From NCBI GenBank assembly GCA_002269645.1, contig NIVC01005197.1, positions 1-22,062 of the forward strand: a stretch of DNA of 22,062 nt, read 5' to 3'. Below are positions 1 through 8,384 of the stretch, piece after piece. The notes beneath the pieces were generated by a model. The model was not told the DNA's origin. It made no database searches and worked only from the letters and a program-made list of their open reading frames with translations. Position numbers and translations under genes: made by a program. Position 1 is the first letter of the stretch, and every line of letters starts with the position of its first letter. The DNA is from Macrostomum lignano (taxonomy: Eukaryota).

Positions 1-1590
1 ATTAACACCGAGAATGCGCGCCCAATCAAGATCCCACCGCGTCGTCTGCCTCCCACTTACAGCCAGAAGTAGATCGTCAAGTCAACGAGTTGCTGGAAAA
101 GGGGCAGATCGAAGAAGCACAGTCACCATGGTGCTTTCCTTTTGGTGTGCGTAAAGAAGAAATCAGGGGAAATGAGGATGTGCGTCGATTATCGGAAGTT
201 GAATGAGGTCACCGTCAAGGATGCAGTGCGCGATGCGAGGGTCGATGATGCGCTGGAGGCAGTACACGGCGCCCAAGATCTTCTCGACAATGGACCTTCA
301 CAGCGGGTTTTGGCAAGTAGGGGTGAGACCTCAGGATCAGGACAAGACGGCGTTTGCAGTGCCGCATCGCGGACAATTTCGATGGAAGGTTATGCCGTTC
401 GGCTTAGTGAACAGCCCAGCAACATTCACCAGGTTGATGCAGCCGTTTTGACAAGCAGATGTGGAAAACCTGTCTCGTCTACATCGACGATCTACTGGTT
501 TGGTCAACCGACGTGGATGAACACCTGAGAAGACTGGAGGAAATATTTCAGCAAGTTGCGGCAAGCAAATTTGTGCCTGAAGCCCAGAAGTGTCACTTTT
601 TGCAAAAGCAAGTGAAATTCTCGGTCACACGCTGTCGGCTGCTGGCATCAGTACCGATGAGGAGAAAGTTCAAGAAGTGAAGAACTGGCCAACACCGCGA
701 TCCTCGACGGAGCTGCATTCATTCTTGGGCCTGTGTGGCTATTACAGAAAGTTTATTAAAGATTTCGCCGGCAATAGCAGCGCCTCTAACTCGATTGACA
801 ACAAAAGACGCAAGTTGAATGGAAAACGGAACAGCAGCTGGCGTTCGAAACATTGAAGGAACGAATGACAAGTTCAGAGGTTATGGCTCATCCGGATTTC
901 TCCCCGGATGCCGGAGAGTTTATCTCGATACTGATGGCAGTTCGAAGATGGGCATAGGAGCGGTACTTTCTCAAGTCCAGCCAGATGGAGCAGAACGAGT
1001 GATCGCCTATGGGTCCAAGACACTAAATCAAGCCGAACGCAACTATTGTACGACTCGTTTAGAACTACTAGCGGTTGTGACTTTCATCATGAAGTTCAGA
1101 TACTATCTGCTTGGAAAAGCGTTCTGTCTGCGAACGGACCACAGCAGCCTGCAATGGTTAAAAAATTTCAGTGACGCCGAGGGACAGGTTGCTCGCTGGT
1201 TGGAGAAGTTGGCTCCATTTCAGTACCGCATCGTTCACAGACCAGGTCGATCGCATGGCAACGCGACGCAATGTCGAGGAAGCCAGTACGGAGACATTTC
1301 GGAGGCGGAGACATGCCCGGCATGTGCGCAGCATCCAGAAGGACTAAATGCAGTCGAATTTGAACGATTCTCAGCCGGCAATCTGGCAAGCGAGCAGGAT
1401 CAAGACGACGATTTGAGAACAGTAAAGGAAGCGCTTGGCTCAAACCCAGTTCCAGATAAAAGCGAGACAGCTTGGAGTCCACTGGCTAGAGCCGTCTGGA
1501 CTCGAAAAGACGACCTGGTGCTGCAAGAGAACGTGCTCCTTGTGAGAAACAAAGACAGGCGCGATGAGTATCAAATGGTGCTGCCGAAAG
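1..1590 (+). pseudogene. pol: Gypsy pol: reverse transcriptase and RNase H, broken by multiple 1-bp frameshifts (decay or sequencing error)
   Basis: Motifs recoverable across frames: RPIKIPPRRLP, SPWCFP, KKKSGEMRMCVDYRKLNEVTVKDA, FSTMDLHSGFWQV, KTAF, MPFGLVNSPATF, YIDD (480-491), FLGLCGYYRKFIKDFA. RNase H: LDTDGS..GIGAVLSQ, ERNYCTTRLELLAVV, RTDHSSLQWL, RWLEKL, HRPGRSHGNA. Confidence 0.95.
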
Positions 1591-2917
1591 GCATTGGATC
1601 GTATCTTGAAAACCCTACACGAGGGAGTGGGAGGTGGCCACATGGGCTTTGCGAAGACAAAATTTAAAGTGCTTCAGCGCTACTGGCGTCCAGGATTGTC
1701 TCGTGCCATTGAAGAATATATTCGCGGTTGTGCCACCTGCTGCAAGTCAAAGCCGGGCAAGCGAAACCGAGCACCCCTGCAACCGTTGACATTCGCAGCA
1801 CCATTCGATTGCGTCATGATGGACATTGTCGGGCCGCTACCGCGGAGTAAGGCTGGAAACATTTATCTCCTGACAGTCCAAGATTCGTTTACGAAGTGGC
1901 CTGACGCGTACCCGCTTCGCAACCAGAAGGCAAGGACGGTGGCAAGGGCGCTTTTCAATCGATGGATTAGCCAGCATGGATGTCCGAGTACTTTGCACAG
2001 TGACCAAGGAAGGAACTTCGAATCGCAAGTGATGCGCGAAATGTGCAGGATACTCGAGATCCGCAAGTCCAGAACCACAGCTTATCATCCGAGCGGAAAT
2101 GGACAAGTAGAAAACTTCAATAAAAGTTTAAAATCCATCCTCAAGTGCTGCCTAGAGGACTCAGGACGAAACGACTGGGAAGAATTCGTCAGCTCTGCGT
2201 TAATGGCGTACCGATCAAGCGTGCATCGAGCAACGGGTTATACTCCCCACTACATGGTCTATGGCACGGAGATGCGCCTACCGATAGACTTGACTGACCA
2301 GCCGCCACAGCCTGTCGATTCGCATGTAAATTTCGTCAAGGAGCTAGAAGACAAATTGCAGACAGCTCATCGCGCTGCTCGACAGCAGTTGAATACTTAT
2401 CAGCGGCGACAGAAGGACCAGTACGATAAAAGAACCCGAGGATCCGATATTCAGGAGGGTGACCATGTCTTCGTCTACAGCCCCGCCCTGAAACCAGACG
2501 AAGCCGCAAAGTTTCACGTAAGCTGGCTCGGCCCAGTGAAGGTGCTCGAAAGAAGATCCGAGGTGCTCTTCAAAGTGGAAAACCCGTCAAATCGTAAAAA
2601 GTCGAAGTTCGTCCACTTCAACAACCTCCGGAAGTTCGCTCGACCGGCCGCCCTGGAAACACCAGTTAGGACCGCGCACCGCCGGAGGTGGTCGACGAGA
2701 CGGACTCGAGACAGAGGCGGAATGCGAGACTTGGACTCGGCCTCAACTGATGCCGCCACAGGACGCCGAGGAAGTCGCCGAGGTGCTGGAAGAGCAGATG
2801 GAGTTGGTTGACGACCCGCAGCCTACTCATAACCCGGTGGAAGCTGCACCTGAGCCTCGAAGGTCCGGAAGGTTGCGACGGCCGCCGGATCGCTACGGCC
2901 AGCCAGTGACATTCTAA
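1564..2917 (+). CDS. pol: Gypsy pol: integrase (HHCC zinc finger, DDE core, GPY/F-like region, acidic tail)
   Basis: Open frame 1564-2811 with H-EGVGGG-H...CATC, MDIVGPLP, HSDQGRNFES, AYHPSGNGQVENFN, ALMAYRSSVHRATGYTP and WLGPVKVL. After a frameshift near 2760 the tail reads ...PEPRRSGRLRRPPDRYGQPVTF* (TAA 2915-2917), a typical Gypsy IN C-terminal RRSxR..PP.RY motif. Confidence 0.93.
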
Positions 2918-2991
2918 TGGGTTACTCGTCATCGTGAAGTCTCATCAGTTTCATATGCGATTATCGTTAAAAGCCAGAAAAATATTTCGCG

Positions 2992-3096
2992 AATGCGTCA
3001 TTCATCATAAATACGAGTACTTCATCAATGCATCATTCATCATGAGTACGAGCAGTTCGCCAATGCGTCATTCAAGAAATTCGTTAATGCGTCATT
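2992..3096. repeat. Degenerate ~35-bp tandem repeat with four AATGCRTCATT cores
   Basis: Cores start at 2992, 3027, 3062 and 3086; the first two units also share TTCATCAT...TACGAG. Confidence 0.8.
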
Positions 3097-3340
3097 AAGT
3101 CATTTTAATCGCATCTTCATCGAAGTTTTGACGAGAATCAAATTTTGCCTACAAAATCTATGCATCGGTGGAGGGTATTCGGACTGGCATCCGGTGACAA
3201 CTCGAATTTGCGCTGGGACTTTACGATGCAGGGTACCGCGGGCCACGGTCCGAGGAGATGACGCTCTGGCAAGAGGGGAGCAGGAGTAGAATCTGGAGTC
3301 AGGGACAGTGTGTCGCAGGTTTGAGTACGTTGCTTTGCAG

Positions 3341-5041
3341 ATGGATTTGTACGCTGTCCTCCAAGTCGGACACACAGCCGAACGTGCCGAGATCAGGCGA
3401 GTCTATCGACAGCTAGCGCTCTTCTGGCACCCGGACAAGCACCCGGACAAGGAACTCGCAGGACGCCGTTTCCAAGAAATTGAGACTGCTGGTAGAATTC
3501 TATCGTGTCCATATCGCCGAGCGATGTACGACCAGTTGGGCGATAAATCAATCCCGTATGACGAGGCTGTAACCTTCGCAATGACGTTCATACCTCCTAC
3601 TGGTGTAAGAATGCCGGCGGACATCGAAGAGGGAGTACAGCAAAGGCGAGAAGTTGAAGAAGCTCAGCGCAAGGAAGCTGGTCTCAGGCAGGGGAGACAG
3701 GGACAGAGGAACGATTACGAAGCGGATGGCTACATTCTAATCTCGGACGACGATGAGAGCGAGGAGTCGGATGAGTGTAGCATCGACACAGAAGAAGAAG
3801 ACGAGTTGCTGGCATCGGATGGCTCCTCCGGAAGTAGTGAGTCAGAAGCTATGGAGATCGATGTACCGGAAAGCAAGGAGGTTGTCTCACATCGCGCGTC
3901 GGGAGCAATATGGGATGATGAAAAGCTGTCGTTATCGGCAGCTGCGCGTCAGCTCCGCCATCGTTTGATGAAGCATATTTTGGCTGGACAGTCGGACGGA
4001 ATCGTGTCAGTGCTCACGGCTATGAGACGGCTGTTTCGAGACTCGCAGCGAGAACCGAGGAGCGCACTGTCAATGGTCCTGCTGCAGGCGTTGTTCTTCA
4101 TCCGCAGAGATATCGCTCCGGTAAAGCGTCAGAGAGCAGGCCGCCGTTACTGGTCTAGGCAGAGTTTTGATTGTTTCGTCCGACAGCTCTGTCACGAGCT
4201 CATCCCGCTGTTCGGTTTGCGCCGGCCCGGCAGGCTGCTCGAGGTCCTGAAAAGCTGCGTCGGTCTCCCTGGACTTCGGGTTCGCTGGGGTGCCCAGTTC
4301 CGATTCATACTGTATTTTCTACTTACTTGTATGTATGTTGTTACGCTCGTACTGTATGGGTTTATTTGCATGCTAGTGGGGTCAAGCTTCCTGGGGGAAT
4401 GGCTCAGCAGCTGTGCGGCGGCCACGTGCGCTTCCTGCCGGCTTCTGCGGCGGCCACGTGCGCTTCCTGCCGGCTTCTGCGGCGGCCACGTGCGCTTCCT
4501 GCCGGCTTCTGCGGCGGCCACCTGCGCTTCCTGCCGGCTTCTGCGGCGGCCACCTGCGCTTCCTGCCGGCTTCTGCGGCGGCCACGTGCGCTTCCCGCCC
4601 GGCCATCTGCGCGCCTCGCCCGGCCGCCTTCGCGTCTTGCCGGCCACCTGCGTGCCCTGTCGGCCATCTGCGCGTCCTGTCGGCAACCTGCGTGCCCTGT
4701 CGGCCATCTGCGCGTCCTGTCGGCAACCTGCGCTTCCTGCCCGGCCATCTGCGCGTCCTGTCGGCAACCTGCGCTTCCCGCCCGGCCATCTGCGCTTCCT
4801 GCCGGCCACCTGCGTGCCCTGCCGGTTATCTGCACTTCCTGCCGGCCACCTGCGTGTCCTGCCGGCCACTTGCGCGTCCTGCCGGCCACCTGCGCGTCCG
4901 CCCGGCCACCTGCGTGCCCTGCCGGCCATCTGCACTTCCTGCCGGCCATCTGCACTTCCTGCCGGCCACCTGCGCGTCCCGCCCGGCCACCTGCGCGTCC
5001 TGCCGGCCACCTGCGATGGTTTTCTGTGGCGCCAGCTTTGA
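3341..5041 (+). CDS. J-domain (DnaJ/Hsp40-type) protein, intronless; protein-like to ~4270-4395, after which the frame reads through a minisatellite
   Basis: From ATG 3341: MDLYAVLQV..AERAEIRRVYRQLALFWHPDKHPDKELAGRRFQEIETAGRILSCPYRRAMYDQLG, a complete J-domain (3341-3541) with HPD at 3428-3436. Then an acidic tract and a basic helical region. The true C-terminus is uncertain. Confidence 0.85.
   Translation: MDLYAVLQVGHTAERAEIRRVYRQLALFWHPDKHPDKELAGRRFQEIETAGRILSCPYRRAMYDQLGDKSIPYDEAVTFAMTFIPPTGVRMPADIEEGVQQRREVEEAQRKEAGLRQGRQGQRNDYEADGYILISDDDESEESDECSIDTEEEDELLASDGSSGSSESEAMEIDVPESKEVVSHRASGAIWDDEKLSLSAAARQLRHRLMKHILAGQSDGIVSVLTAMRRLFRDSQREPRSALSMVLLQALFFIRRDIAPVKRQRAGRRYWSRQSFDCFVRQLCHELIPLFGLRRPGRLLEVLKSCVGLPGLRVRWGAQFRFILYFLLTCMYVVTLVLYGFICMLVGSSFLGEWLSSCAAATCASCRLLRRPRALPAGFCGGHVRFLPASAAATCASCRLLRRPPALPAGFCGGHVRFPPGHLRASPGRLRVLPATCVPCRPSARPVGNLRALSAICASCRQPALPARPSARPVGNLRFPPGHLRFLPATCVPCRLSALPAGHLRVLPATCASCRPPARPPGHLRALPAICTSCRPSALPAGHLRVPPGHLRVLPATCDGFLWRQL
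4414..5016. repeat. GC-rich minisatellite: 32-bp units grading into related ~20-bp units
   Basis: GCGGCGGCCACGTGCGCTTCCTGCCGGCTTCT recurs with period 32 (GCCACG at 4421, 4453, 4485...). After ~4595 the units are like CCTGCCGGCCACCTGCGCGT (20-21 bp). Confidence 0.95.
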
Positions 5042-5256
5042 TGTAAAGCCTATTCCGTGCCCCGTGGTTGCTCTGACGAACTTGCGTGCAGAAAACCAGT
5101 ATTTTTTTTCATATTTCTTTTGCGGCAACCATTTTTCTTTTTCCCCTTTGCATTAGTGTGTTTCCAATTTTTTTGTTGTTTTTGATTTTTTTGCTTTGTT
5201 ATTTAAAAAATTTGGAATCCCAGTCGCCGTGGTTCGAGCTCCGCCCTGTTTTTTTT

Positions 5257-5268
5257 AGGAGGGGAGGG
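5257..5268 (+). promoter_or_regulatory. Polypurine tract (plus-strand primer site) of an LTR retrotransposon
   Basis: T-run followed by AGGAGGGGAGGG, immediately followed by TGTAG; canonical PPT/3' LTR junction geometry. Confidence 0.7.
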
Positions 5269-5640
5269 TGTAGTGCATGCGCCCTTGTCAGTTGGCAGGG
5301 CGCGTTGCACTTTGGGGCTGGTTGGGGGGGTTGGCGGGCGTGGCGGGCGTGGCAGGGTTTGGCCGCCGGCCGGGCTTTGCGCGTGCCCCTCCCAGCCGTG
5401 CCCCTGCCCCGTGCTCAGGGCTGGTTGGCTGCGGCCGGGCCAGCTTTGGCGCGGGTGCTGCCCCTCCCCCCTTAGGCGGGGTTTTGATTGGCTGGGCCGG
5501 CGTGGTTTGTTTTGGTGAGCTTAGCCGGTGGGGCCGTCTGCCCCAGGGTTTGGGTGCTATTTATGGTGCGACTCTGGCTCTTGCCCACCTCCTGCGTGCT
5601 TTTTGTGTTTTGGTGTGCTCCGAGAGTGCAAGCGCGAGAC
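5269..5640 (+). mobile_element. Putative 3' LTR (right end not resolved, possibly interrupted)
   Basis: Starts TGTAG after the PPT. Contains GC-box-like GGCGGGCGTGGC repeats, a reverse CCAAT (GATTGG ~5486) and TATA-like TATTTAT (~5557). Composition switches abruptly to A-rich at ~5640. No second LTR copy is in the window. Confidence 0.5.
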
Positions 5641-5642
5641 CT

Positions 5643-5746
5643 GATAAATGAAACAGCAACATTAGCTACTTCGATAAAAGAAACAGCAACATTAGCTACT
5701 TCGATAAAAGAAACAGCAACATTAGCTACTTCGATAAAAGAAACAC
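5643..5746. repeat. 30-bp tandem repeat, ~3.4 copies
   Basis: GAAACAGCAACATTAGCTACTTCGATAAAA at 5650, 5680 and 5710, plus a partial copy at 5740. Confidence 0.95.
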
Positions 5747-5940
5747 AATAGCCTAATTGAGAAGAGTCTTGGAGAATTAAGAAGAAGTCGGAAACTGCGC
5801 TTGAGACCTGCGAATAATAAACGGTGAACAGTCATCTGGCCACTGGTAAGCCGCCTGCTGTTTGAGTCCTTTCTTTTCGGGAAGCTTGCTAGGCCGAATT
5901 CTTGCCAGAGCGTCATAACGCCGGGAGACCATATAGCTTC

Positions 5941-6203
5941 TGTAGTACGGTACCGTTTACCATATATATTGCGTACGCCCTACGGTATAGAGAATAGAAG
6001 CACTCGAGAGTGTCACCACACCTCGAGCCGCAGCGTGAACTCTGAGTGTCACAACACCAGAGGGATCGAATTATTATCGCAGAGCGTCGCCACGCCTGCT
6101 CGTCGTATTCATAAAAGTACAGACAGAGCGTCACAACGCCTGTTATATCACATATAATATATATTGTACTCGGGACTGGGCACCCAAGCCGACCCGGGTT
6201 ACA
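5941..6203. mobile_element. LTR-like fragment with TGTA...TACA ends and internal 15-bp repeats
   Basis: TGTAG at 5941, GTTACA ending 6203; repeated GAGYGTCRYMACRCC motifs. No target-site duplication found; boundaries uncertain. Confidence 0.35.
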
Positions 6204-6899
6204 ACAGTAGTGATGGTGGCTCATTTGATGGCCTAGTATAACTGTATAAATATGATTATAAACTCCAAAAAGATGCAGTTTTATGGTAAGCATGTAAAGG
6301 CCCTGTAATAAATCATCTGCAAGATCTTTATCGATATTTGGCCAAAAAATGTACAATCATCTTGTGACGAATATCTGGTCCGAGAGTTCGCATGCTGACG
6401 GACTGCTATTCAAGTAGTGATTGAACACACAGTTAGTGGTGACCGATAACTGACGGAGCCGATTATTCGATTACGGATTATGTATATTTGTAGGTTACAG
6501 ACACGAACGGTACATGTATATAGCTGATGCTAAACAGGTAATTGGTAACGAACAGCTGTAGTGTCGATGGAATGGCTTCGAAGATGACCTTAGTGGGAAT
6601 TAGTTAATTGAGAGCGATTTTGAACTACTGTTTATCAATGTTTACGGAAATCAAATTTGCTGGCCATAGGAACAGCAGCCGAACTCCATGTACGAGTTAG
6701 TCCTCTCCGAAGCCAAAGAATTCAAAATGTTAAATATAACTATTTCAATTCAGTAAAACAAAGCATTGTTTACTTTTGTCGATAAACATAAAAATGAAAC
6801 CATCTGATATTAATAACATACATATTAAATATTTTTAGTAGATATTAATCGATGAATTGAAATAATAAAAAGAACCACCAACGTACGTCACAATCTTAT

Positions 6900-7545
6900 T
6901 GTGGCAGGCGAGGCCGCCACTGGCTTTTCCCACAGCGTGTAACTCTATTTTTCGCCGCGCGATTTCCCTTTGCCGTAATTTTACGTCATCCTGACGTCAC
7001 GCGCGCTACAGTTAATGTAACTCCCCGTTCCACTCCGTGTATTTTTCGTTCGTTTTAATGCTTTTGAATAGGGGTCCACCCGGTGTTTAGTCGTCACCAC
7101 CCGGTGTTACCCCGTCCCTTTTTCTATCCGGTGTCGCTCTCTCCCCACCCGGGGTAACCCCTTTCCTCCCGGTGGCTCATGAGAGCGCTATTTAAGAGTC
7201 TGCGCCCCGCCTTTCCCAGCCAGACTCGTGGAATCCGCCCAACTCTCATGGAATCCGCCCCAACTCTCGTGGAATCCGCCCCAGCTCTCGTGGAATCCGC
7301 CATAACCCTCGTGGAATCCGCCTCAACTCTCGTGGAATCCGCCCCAACTTTCGTGGTTTTGCCCCGATCCCTTGTGAGACCGACTTCCGTGGTATTGCCC
7401 ATCTTCTTTAACTCTAATACAGTCCATTACGAGAGGCCCCTACGTGTAAGCCCGACATCCCGACCCGACCAGCTCCTCACCCAGCCAGCTAATTATTATC
7501 TCTTAATAATAACATCATAGTACATTGCTTGTGGCTCGTGCAACA
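6900..7545. mobile_element. Possible solo LTR / unclassified interspersed repeat
   Basis: TGTGGCA...TGCAACA ends (6/7 inverted match), GC-rich relative to flanks, CRE-like TGACGTCA, TATA-like TATTTAAG (~7190), internal tandem repeat. Flanks CTTAT/GTTAA match only 3/5. Confidence 0.3.
7224..7360. repeat. 21-bp tandem repeat, ~6-7 copies
   Basis: CTCGTGGAATCCGCCCCAACT and variants repeated head to tail, degenerating to ~7395. Confidence 0.9.
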
Positions 7546-8384
7546 GTTAATAACAATAATACGTGCTATTCAGCTACCTGGCCCCTTTAACGCCAGCCAA
7601 GTAATCTCTTGTATGGAAACGGTGTCTTAGCCTTCGTGACCTCGGAAGCTTTATTTGACCTAGCGGTCTCAAGAGAAGTCCTAGAGCCAACTCGAGCTAG
7701 TTTTGAGCTCTAGAGAGCTTTTCCCATGTATAACCGCGGTGGTGGCAGCAAACTACTACTATTAGCAACAATCTCGACAAACTTAGCTTATTTTGAAGTT
7801 TTCCCCATTTCGGCTACAAATTTCTGCATTCGGCATTCTGGATGTCGGAAAAACTAGACCGCTCTGCCGCGACCACAGCTACCCTCCCTTGAGCCTGAGG
7901 AACTCAGCAGCCGGAGCTCCCCGTCATCTGCAAGCCGAGATCCTCGCTTAAGTTTGTTTGAATCGTAGAAACCGCACCGATTTGAACGGCTGAGATGAAC
8001 GAATTAAATCTCGACCAATCAACACAGACGAAACCCTCCGACCTTATTATCATCTGTGAGAATATATGTATGTTGCAAACGCTGCCGAAAATGGTGTTTC
8101 TGGATTACCATAATCTGTGGCCTATATTCGAAAGATATGCGAATATGAATCCGTGATATGAATTTCAAAAACAGCATTTTTAGTTCAGTAGATCAAAGCG
8201 GCAAAGCCCCATAGAAAAAATTATGGAGGTCATGCTGTTAAAAAATTAATAGTTTTGTTAGTCCTAGACCAAATTTATAAAATGTCTTTGTACTATTAGA
8301 ATTTCATTGGCCCTGGACATTCTACCTACACTACACGACTTTATAGTTCTTAGGTTCTTTCGCGTTTTTTTTGGTATTAAATTT

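Larger units (their letters stand above)
1..5640 (+). mobile_element. Ty3/Gypsy LTR retrotransposon, 3' portion (pol - extra J-domain ORF - tandem-repeat 3' region - PPT - 3' LTR); 5' part lies outside the window
   Basis: Domain order RT-RNaseH-integrase defines Ty3/Gypsy. A same-strand PPT (AGGAGGGGAGGG, 5257-5268) abuts TGTAG at 5269. That everything between pol and this PPT is one element is inferred; the right end is approximate. Confidence 0.65.

Noticed and set aside
4171-5156. Several long overlapping ORFs on both strands (4171+, 4192-, 4382-, 4404-, 4413+)
   Set aside because: They arise because the GC-rich minisatellite lacks stop codons; the translations are just the repeat in different frames.
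5919-5932. Minus-strand TGGTCTCCCGGCG as a primer-binding site next to the LTR-like block
   Set aside because: Not adjacent to a CA terminus, and I cannot match it to a tRNA 3' end.
5643-6140. CRISPR-like appearance of the 30-bp repeats and the spaced 15-bp motifs
   Set aside because: The 30-mers are head-to-tail with no spacers; the 15-mers are too short, degenerate and irregular; the context is eukaryotic with no cas genes.
6494-6537. 44-nt mini-exon candidate (TTTGTAG ... CAG|GTAATT)
   Set aside because: Splice-like signals only; no frame or homology support, and such pairs are common by chance.
7580-8250. Possible non-autonomous element with TTTAAC...GTTAAA ends and a subterminal hairpin
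   Set aside because: A 6-bp terminal match and a weak hairpin are not enough to define an element without other copies.
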